Part shown: positions 25,201 through 39,251 of the stretch, piece by piece | Layout of the letters: each line of letters starts with the position of its first letter | Numbering within the stretch: position 1 is the first letter of the stretch | Assembly: GCF_006345805.1 (NCBI RefSeq) | Contig: NC_043014.1 | Coordinates: 53,320,001 to 53,384,000 of the forward strand | DNA length: 64,000 bases | Reading direction: 5' to 3' | Source of the DNA: Octopus sinensis | Taxonomy: Eukaryota | Notes under the pieces: model-generated | Told to the model about the DNA's origin: nothing | What the model saw: only the letters and a program-made list of their open reading frames with translations | Database searches by the model: none | Translations under genes and position numbers: made by a program

Positions 25201-28200
25201 TCCCATAAATGCCAGAAGATGATCAATGTTTGCAAAAGAAACATGTTTGGCAAAATGGAATTCAGCAGAACTTCTTTTGGTTGTTTGTTCCGTTTCTGTT
25301 GGGTCGTTCATTTTATCAGAAATTGCGTGGCCCCTACCTGGGATGTAGTCAGTCCACCTGTGCATACCTTCCTTCTTGGGACACATAACTCTACTTGTGA
25401 AGACCTGTTGAGGCAAGTGAAAATCAAAGAATCAAAAAATCAAATCAAAATCAAAATCGATTAACATCAATGGAATTTGTAGTTGTAGTACCAGTGCTGG
25501 TGGCACATAAGAGAACCATCCGAACGTGGCTGTAGCCAGCACCGCATCGACTGGCCTCCGTGCTAGTGGCACGTAACAAATACCATCCGATCGTGGCCGT
25601 GCCAGCCTCGCCTGGCCTCCATGCTGGTGGCACGTAAAAAGCACCATCCGAGCGTGGCCATTCACCAGCCTCGTCTGGCACCTGTGTCGGTGGCACATAA
25701 AAAGCACCCACTACACTCACGGAGTGGTTGGCGTTAGGAAGGGCATCCAGCTGTAGAAACACCGCCAGATATGACTGGCCTGGTGCAGCCTTCTGGCTTC
25801 CCAGACCCCAGTTGAACCATCCAACCCATGCTAGCATGGAAAGCGGACATTAAATGATGATGATGATGATGATGACGAGTTGTTTGTCAACAAATGATTT
25901 AGACTCATCAAAACAATTTTTGTTTCATTGACATTTTATAGAAGTTTTGTCTTTTATTTTCATGGATTTATTTGTATTTCTCAGACTAACACTGAAGCAT
26001 TTACAATAGCTAGCTTCTTTATTAGACTCTCATTATGGAAGACGATATTAAATATTATTTTATAACCGGGGCAAAATGAGTAATTTCTGATTTCTTGTTA
26101 TTTTCCCTCTGCCCATTTGAAACTATTCCATTGCAAGTACGACATCCTCATCCTTTTATTCTGTTGCATCTTCTTTGGGAATAAAAATTGGTCAGCATAG
26201 TTGTTGAGGTTGAGAGGGTTTGGAACATAGTCAGGTGATTAGGGTTTTGTTTTCCAAGAAATTCCCTTTTTGACCTGATTGCAATTGAGGTTGCTAATTA
26301 AACACCTGGATAATTTTTGCTGTCCAACAACCAATAGGCATTTTCTCTTTTGGATTCTAAGACAATTTTTTTCCTACACTAATGTCTAATATGATAATTT
26401 TCAATTACCAAAAATTAAGTCTAAACTGGCATAAAAGGAGTAATGACCAATTTCAATAATTTCTTCCCTTTACCATGAAAAACCCATTCCAGCAGATTCT
26501 GAAGAAGCTACAGAGAATATTTTATGTTAAGCTTTTAGATTTAGTCAAGTTTCGTTTCATTTCTTATCAGGTACCATTTTCCCACGATCCTTTTACAATT
26601 TGACTGATATATTTCGAATTTTTGTTGAATTTCTAATCTTTCCAATTTCTAAAGATGGATATTGATGTGTTATGAGTTTTTTTTCCCAAATATTATCCTG
26701 GAGAATTGAAAGAGGCAAATTTACCTCGTTTTGTTTTACTCATTTTGCCCCATCTAAATTCGTCTTTTTTTGCTCAAAGAGAATGAGAGATAACTTTCTG
26801 AAATAGTCTTCAGATTATGCTACAATGCTTTCAATGCATTCAGAGAAGCTCATTTGCTTGGCTGATATAGTTTTGTATGGCTGCGAACATTTTTTTCTCA
26901 AAGTCAAAAATGCAATAAATGTTACACAATGTGCCCCCCCCCCATACACACACACTCCTATAATTATACATATGATATAAATATGAATATAAATAATATA
27001 TATAGGCATGGATGTGTGGTAAGAAGTCTGCCTCCCAACTGCATGATTCCAGGTTCAGTCCCACTGCATGGCACCTTGGGCAAGTGTCCTCTACGATGGC
27101 CTTGGACTGACCAAAGCCTCGTGAGTGGATTTGGTGGATGGAATCTGAAAGAAGTCCATCTTATCTGCAAAATACGCCTTTTTCAGAAAGGTGTGTGGAA
27201 ATCAGGTGAGATTGGGGAACCAATCAATTCATGGTTATGCTGGTCAGCTCCGATCGAAGGGATTCCAGTTGAGATAAACCCAACAACGAATATCTGGCAT
27301 TAATTATATCATTCACTTCGAAGAAGTAGGGTATAAGTTGCTGGAGCCTTGGTTGCTATTTCTAGCAGTTTGAGCGATGCCTCCCCGCTTCCCTATATTC
27401 GCTGTTTTTTGGTTGGGGAGGGATATACAAGATGGATTAGTTCAAAGATATATGTTTGTTCAAAGACGGACTCTTATCATTATTTTCAATTCATTTAATG
27501 TAATTGCAAATTCCAGTTGTTTCTTTAAATAGTTTTTCCTTTTCTGCGACGCTTTTTTCTGTTATTGCCCCATTTTAGCGACTCAGTGAAACGCAAGTAA
27601 AAGTTCAAAAAAATAATCAAAAATTGGTCGTTTTTCGCTTTTTCCTTTTAAATTCGTCCCAATAAATCACTGTAAACAACCAAATCCTTTCTTTATTTCG
27701 GACGAAATGATGAGATTTTAGAAACATTTACTTCTGTTATTTCTAACAGGTCAAGAAATCACATGGATGCTCCCTTGTTGGGTTGTCTCCAAAATGTCAA
27801 AGAGGTGGACGGTAGACCTGGTCATCTCTAATCAATCACATCTCTGATCAAAAGCTTTCCGACTGAACAGCGCCATCCTCTCTCTCTCTCTCTCTCTCTC
27901 TCACACTTTTTAACACAATATCTCCAGGACTACATCGTCTAATTTGCCTTTCGTTGACGTTGGTGTCTAATTTATAGGAGATTTTGCTGTTATTTCTAGC
28001 AGATGATATGACTGCGTTGGCTTCGCCATTTACTGCGCCTAAACTTTGCTAGTTCTTAGAATAGACTAGAAAACACGATAGCTCGATGATTAATAGCGAA
28101 CCTTACCCGACTTTTCTTCTTTCCTCACTCTCATACGAAGAACAAGACACAAAATGTTAACTTATATCCTTCCGATCGAACCCCTTATTGAACTCTCTCT

Positions 28201-30546
28201 CTCACCTATTGATTTATTTTGCTAACACAGACCCCTAAAACTCCTCTTGGATTCCGGACTAAATACAATCCTCTCGAATAGTTTTTGTTTCATATAAGTT
28301 TCAAATTATGGCACAAGGCCAGCAATTTCGAAGGCGTGGATGAATCGATTACATCAACCCCACAACTATTTTATCGACCTCGATAGGATGAAAGGCAAAG
28401 TCGACCCTGGCCGGAATTTGAAATAACGTAAAAGACGGACGAACTGCTGCCAAGCATTTCTTCATCTTCCATTCTGCTGACAACGATTCTGCCACTCCGC
28501 CGCCGCCGCCGCCTTATGGTTTCATATCATTAAAAAAGAAATCGTCATCGACTCGAAATCACCGAAACCGGCCAACCTCGACAGACCTGCTGCTGTCTCC
28601 TCGCCATCTTGCTTCTTCTCCTCCTACAACGACCTCCACTCCTCCGAATTGGCAGCACCCGTGTCACCTTCACCAAATACTCCCGGTTCCTTCGTTCCTC
28701 CTCTTCTCCTACTCATATTATGTCCACTCGCTGACCACGACGTTCAGTTCCTCCTTCCGAGAATGTCGACCAAGCTTTCTTTTTCCTGCAACTATTCAAC
28801 TTACATCGATATCGGAGTGGTTCTGAAGACCATGGCCACATCTCCTTCCTCTGGGCGAAACCATGAAGAAGCAAAACCTATTAGAATCCTGTACTTGATT
28901 CACCCTTGCAACAAAATGCTGTCTAAAAGCACTCGATTGTTGCATCCATCATAGAAAAGGCGAATTAACGAAGGAGCTTGGGCAGTTAACTCGACTCTAC
29001 AGAAACGATAGAAAAATAATTTCATTGAAATCATAACCTAGTCATTAAGAAGAAAAGAATTCGTTCGAGCTGCGGGCGGGGGGTGGGGCCGATAGATATT
29101 TATGGTTAAGGTACTTTTGATCATAGATAAGTCTACTCAATCAAGCTTGACCTGGAGCCAGACAATACAATCATTAAAATAAAAGAATGTGGATCGAAAT
29201 TGAATCGAACTCTTTATACCGGGACCTTAAATTTACTCTGCAGCAAATCAGGGATCGTTTCCTTTTAATCGTTTGTAAAAGACTAAAATCTTCGCTTTTC
29301 CGCAAGAATTGATATATTTGAATGTTTGGCTGTTGGCTTCTTTTTGCCTCAGAGATGATTTGAACTCGGTACTGCCAACTAACGAAACTAATTACACTTG
29401 GTCCAACGAGGGAACATCAACGTGTTCACTTGACCTGCTGGAAATAGCAGTCCATTTGTCACTCGATTCATACCCTTGTGTCTTAAAAACGAAGGAATCG
29501 TTCAACATAACTGTCTCAATATAAGACGGTATGGTCTCATGATGGACTGGCTTTGATCTTAAGTCTGCCAGACGAAAAAACTTGCTAAACAACAAGAACA
29601 ACAAACCAATAAGAGAACCTCTGCAACCTGATAGTAACAGGAGACGAATCTCACTCGAGTCATACCCGACCGTCTTTTAGAAGATGGACAGATTGCAGAG
29701 ACCAAGGAATGATTGCCACTTAGAGTTAGCAACCAAAACTGTTTATACAACAACACAGCATCGTTGACGGGATACGAACTCTCACTCAATCTATCCACAA
29801 TCTCTATAAATTCCATCTCTCTTCGTAAGCGGTCGTAATTTCCCGTCATACATTTTTTTTTTACCTTTTTTCAAAAGTCAAAGAAACAAAAAAGATGGCG
29901 TCCTTTTTTGTCGTCAGACATTACAGTGTCTTATGAAAACTAAAACACTGTCAGAATATCTGTAACTTCGACAACCAAAGATAACTAGCCATGAAATTCG
30001 AACATTTTTTCATGGATTATATCTCAAACATCTGTTGCATCAGTGATAACTTGCTGTTAGACTACAAAGAAATGGTACCCATCCTGGGACGGACATTGTT
30101 TTCACTACATGTTAGTGTTTCATATTTTCCTTTTTCCTCGCAACTAACTTGGGCAGTCTTTGATAATAGCGTACCACTTTTACTTTCTCAAATTTTAGCT
30201 GATATCTTTTCTTTTGGTTGCCGTCAAAGAATTCTTTTTTTTTTTTTGTGCTTTCTTGTTATCACTTAATTTGTTGTAGAAAATATTTTCTGGTGCAATT
30301 AAAATTTTTTATGTTTTTTTTTTTTTAAGATGGAAGGTTTGTGACTATCAAATTGCTTAGAATTTTTTGTTCATGTTTGTATAGTTTAAGATGGAAATGT
30401 ATGATTAGAGAGAGATTCTATTGTGATTTGTAACTGACTGAGCAACCACTAAGGCTCGATTGTGAAATAAATTACTGGAAAATGAACAGCAAAATTTCTA
30501 CACTTTTCCATCTTAAACAACGAGCTAGCCTCAAACATAGTGTTTA

Positions 30547-30577
<31 letters not shown>

Positions 30578-33500
30578 GTAATCTCCTGCAGCCTACGAAC
30601 TTCTGCCAACTGAAGTGTGAGAAAGTGAAAGTAGCACGTTATACTCCAAGATCATTGTCCTTTTGGTTTCACGCTGTCCCTTACTAACATCAAAATACGC
30701 AGCTGTTGGCTTTGTTTTCCATGTTATTGTTATGATGTCAAATTAAGATTACGTCTTTCATTTGATTAACTTTCGTTAAACTATCTCTCGAGTTTTCAGT
30801 CTGTTAGACATCTGTTAGGAAGTAAGCTACATCTGGAGAAGAAAACTTTTGTGTTCAGGCTTGTTCTCTTTAATTCTGACTGTGGTCTCGAAGTTTGCTT
30901 CCCGATCAGCTGGTTTCAGGTTCAGTTTCACTGCACCGCACCTGCTCAAATGTTTTCTAGTATAACTCTGGACTGCTTAAAGCCTTTGTAAGTAGGTTTC
31001 ATTGACGGAAACTCAAATGAGGTATTTGTGTTGTGTAGCTAACGTATTAAATTAGAGATTCCTTGCTTGAAAAAAACAACATAAAGGTTAGTGAGAGGAA
31101 GAGCATCCAGTTGTAAAACAATACATTCGTCTTACGTATGCTGGCATGAAACGAAACAAAAGTAGTTTGATACATCTATCCTCGTTTATTACGAGTGTTT
31201 GGTCTTCTTCCCCACCCCACCCCAAAAAACACCGTCTTAAATGAATTTTTTTTTCATTAACTGTTTCATACGTTTTTCATTTTTTTGCCCCCATTCCCCT
31301 CATCTTTGAAAGCAAATAGCTACAGGATGATTTCCTAGTGGGGAATATCAACAAACACCTCTGCTCAATGTTTTCATGAATTAACATCACTAGCTGGCCG
31401 AAGAAGCTGTGTTGGAAACATGTAGCCGTTTGCATGACATCTGTTGATGTCAAAGAGTGTCTGAGGACAAGTGTTGATGTCAAGAACCATGTGCAGAACA
31501 TCTCTTGGAAATATGGCTTATTGGTGAAAACATCTGTTAATGTGAAGGGTCATCTATTGAGCATCTGGCATGCAGTGCGAGCGGCTGACTTATGCAAGCT
31601 GAAAGGATTTCACCAGTTTTACCTTTGCTGAATTTTCCGTATTTATGGTTTTAGGTCATATTCTAAAGTTTCACATCTTTCAACAACTGTTGCTCAGACA
31701 TTTGATTTTGTTGCTTTGGCATTTCATCATTGGCAGATGCAGTTCCACTGGAGCCTTTCGCAAGGTAGCATAATTGATAAGTTGTGAAACTAAAAACATG
31801 GATTAATATGATTAATTTGGATCTTGAATTAATATTTGATCCTTGCGTATATGCTAGCCATCATTAGAATCACAATTGCTTGATGATTTCCATATTGGAC
31901 ATCCGAGATCCTTGACAGTATGGTTGGCTTCTGTCCATGATGCTCTGAATTTACTGGTTAAAACTGGATCAATTAATCCCAGATGAATGCCCCTAAAAGT
32001 AAGAACAGAGGTCAACACAATCAACTGTTACTTCCCAAAATTTCTGGCATTGTACATACATAATAAATTCTTGTTATGGTACTAAAGACTAAACTAGGTC
32101 ATTTGACCAACTGCTTCTGTTCTGGACATCTGCTTGACCACAGCTGAACTCTGGCTAAATGACAACACTTTTGACCAGAACTGGTGTTATACAACAGTTC
32201 TCATATCATTATCTTGGTTCTTTTAATGGTTTAACTGGAAGGTGAAGGAGGATCTATGACCTTTTTCTAGGGCCTTTGACATCGATAACAGGGAAAAAGA
32301 AACCACAACTCACCCACTCCAGGTTGAAGACCTCGTCCACATGCTTACCTTAGGATGTATTCTTCTAAAGGTCACCCAAGTGCCAGGGTGGTGGTGGTGG
32401 TGGTGGTGATAGCAATGCAGTTAAACAAAGGGAAGATTGTGTTTATCACATAAAAACAGGTCCATGTTGCTGATTTCTGTAAAATATCAATCAACCCAAC
32501 TTTAGTAAGATTGCTTGAATCAACCTGGGGCTGCGATAAATGACACATGCTTCAGGCACCGTGTAGGGAGACCATTGCTCAGCCCTCATCATCCAGAAGC
32601 AGTTTTCTGAATAACACATTTCATAGGACCTCAGCAAGGGGCTAGAATTTAAGCTCAGGACACAAAGACACAAATCAGATACAATAAGGCAGCTCAACCA
32701 ATAACACTGTGCAACACAATGTTTTGTCCTTGGGTAGCAACTGTTGTTTCCGATTTGCTTACCCCTAGAAAATATGAAAAATGGCTTCCTTCAAACTATG
32801 CTTTTGTTATATTTATTTAAACCCCAAAGGATCCCTCTCAACGCATGACTATGACGCTCTCCTACTAGTTCTGCTCATCATCAGAGATGCACGTATTGTC
32901 AGCCACTAAGGGACATGCTCAAGTGATTAAGGTCAAGCCAGTGACAAACAAATCAAAGGTATTCAGCAGAATATTTGCTATAACGATATTTCTATTTAAG
33001 CAAATCAGCACTGGATCTATCTGAAATGCAATGGAAAATAGGTCAGTTTCAAAACATGGATGTCCAGGTCAGAAAAGCAAAGTTCAAATGGAAGAGTAGC
33101 AAATAGGAAATAACATTGACCAAAGACAAAAAAAAATTTGTTACTCAGTAGAGTCTGTGAGTTAATCCATTGGCGTGGACCGGCACTTGAGAAACCCTGA
33201 AAGGATGAAAGATAAAATTCACTTTCATGGAATTTGAACACAGAATGTAGAGAGTTAGAATAAATATTGGAAGGTTATAACTCTGCATGTTTGATGCATT
33301 TGTGTACGTGTGTGCATGGATGTATAAAATAATTCTATGTCCGCTTTGTATGCTGGCATAGGTTGGACAGGCAGGTAGAATCCAAGGGGTCAAGCGACTC
33401 CATCTTGTTCCACTGTCTGATGTTTGGCATTAACTTCTACAGTTGTATGCCTTTTCTAGTGCCAGTCCCTTTGCAGAGGATCGTGTGTGCTTTTCCCATG

Positions 33501-34775
33501 ACATCAGTGCTGTTGGGGTCACTTTGTAGCTTGCAGAATTAAAGAACACCACCATCACAGCTGAGCAGATGAATAAGAGAGGCAGGGGTGATGGTTGAAA
33601 GAGGAGTGTCACTGGGGTTAGAGGAGAGAGAGAGAGAGATAAAGGGGACAGGGATAGGTCAAGTAGGATGAGATTGAGGGTTACTCTGTGTTGTGTATGG
33701 GTAGATTGGGGTGAGGACCCAGAGCATACTCTCTATGTTACATGTTCCATAAGATGGTGAATAGGAAAGGACACAGTGACAGAAGAATCAGGAGGGATGG
33801 CCAAATGTTGTCTCAGACCATGCAAATGAAAGAAACAAACGAGCATCTGTCTCCCTTTGATAATTGGAGAGAAAGGAATGTGGATGTATATCTTTTAGGA
33901 ATTAGAAGAATGAGGCTAACATCCATGACCTACTTAGACCCTCCCATACTGGAGCATTCAATGTGGCTGATGCCTAGCTCAGACATCTTCAGATAAGTGT
34001 CTTTGGTGGGATCACAACTGGAAAGCAGTTCTAATCCAAATGCATTAAAGGTACCCAAAGACGTGATGGTGTTGTTCAACCAAGCAGTATGTTAATCCTG
34101 TCAAAAACCTAAGGACCAAAACCATACGGAAGGTGGGGTTACTTTTTTATACTTCCATAATTCCTCAAAATTTGTTTGCTGAAATATAATAAGCAATGCA
34201 TCCGATGTCTGCAGACTAATTTCTCTAATTACCTCTCTAAGATCCAATCACACCTGTTTCAATTGCAAGCTGTCTCACTAACGAAACCAGTTGTAAATAA
34301 TCTTTCCTAAGACTTCTGCTATTTTTCTTGCAATGAACTCCACTGATAAAACCAGAAAACGAGTCTTTTATTTCTTTTTTTCTTTCATTCTCTTATTTCT
34401 GCCTGAGATAAAGTAAGTAGGGGGTCTCAGAAGCAGAAACATTAGAATGTTGGACAGGTGCTTTAGGAGTGTTTAGTTCCAGCCCTTTAGGTTCTGAGTT
34501 CAAACCCTGGTCAAGTTGACTTTGTCTTTCAAATTTCAAGGGTTCATAATAGATATACAAATACTGGTACTTGATATATAAGACTGAGTTACATTGCTTG
34601 TGTGTGGTGAGTGGCATGGCTGGCTGTTCAATAATAGGCAGTTGGTGAATGCCAGACACCCACAGAGGCCATCACGTACTCCATCCTAAGAATGAACAAC
34701 ATAAGTGACCCCTTCACTCATGCCGCCAGGATTCTCAAGTTTTTCTAAAACACACAAGTGTGTGGTGTGTATCTA

Positions 34776-34864
<89 letters not shown>

Positions 34865-37800
34865 TCATCCACACATATTTCACTCATCTCATTCCATGTC
34901 ATTCACTCATTTCAGTTATTTCTTTCAGCTCAATTCTTTTTCTTTTTCTTGTTTTTTGTCCTTATCATTGTATATTCCAATTCTCTGCTTTGTTTCAGGT
35001 CAATAAGATAGATGATCTTGATGGAATGGTTGGCCTTCAAAATCTCGGAAACACGGTTAGTAAGAACAGCCAAACTTTTCTTTCTCTACAATTTGCTCCT
35101 TTTTTTCTCCCTTTATTTATTTACTTACTTTTTGTTCCTTTCTGTGTTCCCATTGACTTGCAATTATATCTGCCTTCCTCACATCGATCTGTATGTGTGC
35201 TTGTATAATTATGTATATATGCTCATACACATGTTTGTAAATAATCATACACACACATATATATAATTGTGTGTGTGTATAAGTTGGCACTCTTTTTCAT
35301 ACACAACTTTGCACCTACACAAATGCACTGCTTTTTATACACATGTAATTCTATACATATAAAGGCTTCAGTTACATCTACAACCATTTTTATACATACA
35401 GATAGACAGATGACTTTAAAACATTTAATAACTTTTAAACAAACCAAATTTATGTAATGTGTGTGTGTGTGTGTGTCCACATGCATTATTTTGTCTTTTT
35501 GTCTGTTCTTTTTCAATTTAAGGCAGTAGGATGTAACTTGAGAGAAAATTGGTTGTTATTTTTAGCAGGTCAAATAATTGTACGGAGCCTTTCCCTAGAA
35601 CAAACACTCTTCAAGGATGTCTGCAATGACACTTGTTGCATTAAAACTGAATTTTTGAATATTTTTCCTTATTTATTATAGACTTAACTATTTTCCTGCA
35701 GCAGATATTCACCCCTAAGAACACATTCTATCGATGGCAATATATAGGAATGCATATATTAACATCATGTGGAGGCACAATGGCCCAGTGGTTAGGGCAG
35801 CGGACTCACAGTCGTAGGATTATGGTTTCGATTCCCAGACCGGGCGTTGTGAGTGTTTATTGAGTGAAAACACCTAAAGCTCCACGAGGCTCGAGCAGGG
35901 GGTGGTGGCGATCCCTGCTGTACTCTTTCACCACAACTTTCTCTCACTCTTTCTTCTGTTGGCCTGTTCACTTAGCCAGCGGAGTGTGGCATCATTTGAA
36001 GGCTAAAACAATGCGAAGTGCATTGTGACCAGCGATGTGTAGCAACATCTGATAGCCTGGTCAGTCATGGTGATCACGGTGATATTAACATCATATATGT
36101 ATGTAATCTGTTCACACCTACTTTCACACACACACACACACACTAAACTCATTTCGTTGTTTCTATTTCAGGTTTTCCTTTTTTATTTTTATTTTTTTTT
36201 CTCTTTCTACAAATTTTGCTTCAATCACTAAAATAGGATTTTTTTAAACCTTAAATAAAAATTGGGAAAATAAACACTTCTGGATGTAAAAAATCGTTCT
36301 TACTGCTAATAAAGTTTATCTGTAACAGTCAATCTTCTAATAAGGTTATATACACATTATATACACACACTACAAGTAACAAACATTACGTTCTATTGAC
36401 AATGTATATGCTGTAGGTGGTGGTGGCAGTGGTGGTGGTGGTGGTGGTGGTGGTAGTAGTAGTGGTGAAGTTGATGTGCACACAACTGTTTTTTTAATCA
36501 ACTAATCCCAAAATAAGATAAAATAAGAATTGGACTCTTTTTGCAAATCATAACTTTTTTTTTTCCTCTAATATTCAGAAATGTTAGAAATTAAGTCAGC
36601 AACAACAACAACAACAACTGCTGTGGTCGTATTCTGGATGATCCAGTTTATATGAGGCAGATTGGAAGTTAAAGAAGATTCAGGGAGTGCATTGTGGTAC
36701 TTGCTTCAGCACTCTGCATTGTGGGTTCAAATCTTACCAAGGTCAACTCTGCCTTGCATAATTTCAGTGGGGCAGGGGTGTCCGGGGGGGGGGTTCATGG
36801 AATTCTTGGAATGTCAGCCATGATATTTTGCATCTGTTTGTGTTTTGATAGAAACAGACGTGGCACTTGTATGAAGGTGGATTGGCCGTAGATGTTCCCT
36901 TTGAAAAAAATCAAGGGCTAATACAAGTGTGGAGGGGAGAGACTTTCATGAAGGGACATCTGCTGGCCTTGCATAATCATCATCATCATTATCATCGTTT
37001 AACGTCCGCTTTCCATGCTAGCATGGGTTGGACGGTTCAACTGGGGTCTGGGAAGCCCGAAGGCTGCACCAGGCCAGTCATATCTGGCTGTGTTTCTACG
37101 GCTGGATGCCCTTCCTAACGCCAACCACTCTGTGAGTGTAGTGGGTGCTTTTTATGTGCCACCGACACAGGTGCCAGACGAATAAAATAAAATGATGATG
37201 ATGATGATGATGATAACCATTTACACCTGCCTGTATTTTGGTGAGGAACTTTTTTGGTACAGATTGATGGTCTGACGGAAGGTGTTGGGTGTTTTGTCAA
37301 GAAAATAAAATCTATGTGAAACGACCGGCAATAGAAATATAAACAACTATGCGAAAAGGTAGTCCAGGATAAAGATGAGAATGAGAGGAAACTGATGAGG
37401 ATCAGCATTTAGAAGGAGGTGAGGGTAGTTTAATAAAAGAAGGGGACATGCCTAATATGTGGGTTTCAAGCCTTTTATTGAGGAAGTGATGCAAGGGAAT
37501 CATGTATTTGGGGGGGGGGATAGAATTTCCCTCAAATGTCAGAGGCTGGAATAATAACAATAAAGTAAAACAGATTTAAAGACAGACTCCACCATTTTGT
37601 TTTTGGTTGGTTTTTGGTTTTTTACTCATTTAAGAAATTTTGTGTTTTTTTAATTTTGTTTTTATTTATACGTTAATTGTTGGTTCAGATGTTAATTGCA
37701 ATTAAAGGCATGGCTGTTTCTTTGCATCTAAATAGTTGCAGGGCTCACTTCCATAGTGCAGAACAACCAAAGCCCTGTCTATGGTAATGGCATGGAAACT

Positions 37801-39211
37801 TGTTGAAGGGCTTTCCCCCTGGGTAGTAGGCTACACAGGATTTCACATCACCACTGGCCCTTGGGAGCATTTAATAACAACAAGCTTACTGTATGCAATG
37901 CTCATGTGTGCCCTACAACTCGACAGAAAAGGCTAAAAAAGGGGACAAAGAGCAGACATAGAAGTCAAGGAGAGAAAGAAAATGGTAATGGAAGCAAGAA
38001 ATACAGGGAGAGGAGAGAGTGAATAGGACACAGGAGTAGAGAAGGGTGAAGATCAAAAGAGGAAAGGGTGGGTAGGCATGTCAGGGGTGGTGTTGGAGAA
38101 TTTTGGGAAGCATAGAACTTTTGAAGGATGCAGTGTGCTGACAGTTAACAACTGATGTGAGTAGTTTATTCCATACTTTAACAAGTTTGAGCAAGAAAAG
38201 ATGTTTCTAAAATTCATGGGGTCGTGAGCCATTTTGAAATTTTATTAGCAGAGTTTTTAGCAGAATTCGCTCTCCTCAAAGAATTTGGATCAGATCTTTG
38301 CCTTGAGGACAACTTCCACCATTCCTCCAATCAGTCTTGGAGGGCCTAAAAAATGTTTAGGCCCAACCATTCTTCGTCTCTCAAAGCAATAAAGTATCAA
38401 AAACATTCTGAAAAACTTTTGATGGTGGGGGTCACATTGAACAAAGCTTTCTTTTCAAGTAATTCGTTGTTAAACCGTCAACTTTTCTCTTCCGTTTTAG
38501 TGTTTCATGAACAGTATTCTCCAGTGTCTGAACAAATCCCCTTTGCTGCTGAACTACATAATCAGTGACCACTACAAACTGGACATTGCCAAACCAGGGG
38601 CTGCCCGCTTTGAAGGAAATTTTTTAAGAGGTACATTCCATCTATGATGTATTTATGTAGATGTTGTTCTCTAACTGTAGTCATTGCCCCACCCCCAGCA
38701 ACTCCACCAAGTACTATATTCACCACCACCACCACCACCATCCTCATTCGTGTCACAGCCTCCTCTCAAAAATCACTTTCCCAGCACTAGCATCATTGTT
38801 ACCATCATCATCACCACCACCACCACCACCGTCTGCACCCTTAGCTCACTCACCTTGAAATTCAGCCTCTGAGAAACCTCTACATGGTTACTTGACTTGC
38901 TAGCAGTAGCAACCAAATCTCCCTCATATCATATGCTACCATCTTGAAAAAGGACGTATTAGATAATTGTGGTCTTGAGTTCTCTGTACATTGGAAAATG
39001 GTAGGATGGTCACAGCTGGAAAGCCTTTGATCACAGGTCTGGTGTAGGGGTTGTTTAATCCCCAGGTCAGCAGTTATTTTTTATTATAATATTACATATT
39101 GATGTATATTGTTTTGATGTTCTCATTTGCATAATTAATAAATAATGGGAAATTGTAATATCCGTAAGTTGATAATCGAAATGAATTTGTTTCTCCATTT
39201 TCTTATTTGTA

Positions 39212-39251
<40 letters not shown>

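Noticed and set aside
25430-25730. Regularly spaced 65-bp repeats resembling a CRISPR-like array
   Set aside because: Eukaryotic context; the repeats are degenerate internal modules of a SINE-like element without unique spacers or cas genes.
33600-34030. Faint L2/Crack-like LINE similarity (also at about 12960-13150 and 14050-14250)
   Set aside because: Only scattered motif resemblance; too degraded to call without a profile search.
35768-35845. tRNA-like sequence with A and B boxes
   Set aside because: Continues into a repeated SINE body and lacks a complete acceptor stem; it is a SINE head, not a tRNA gene. The same holds for other SINE heads.
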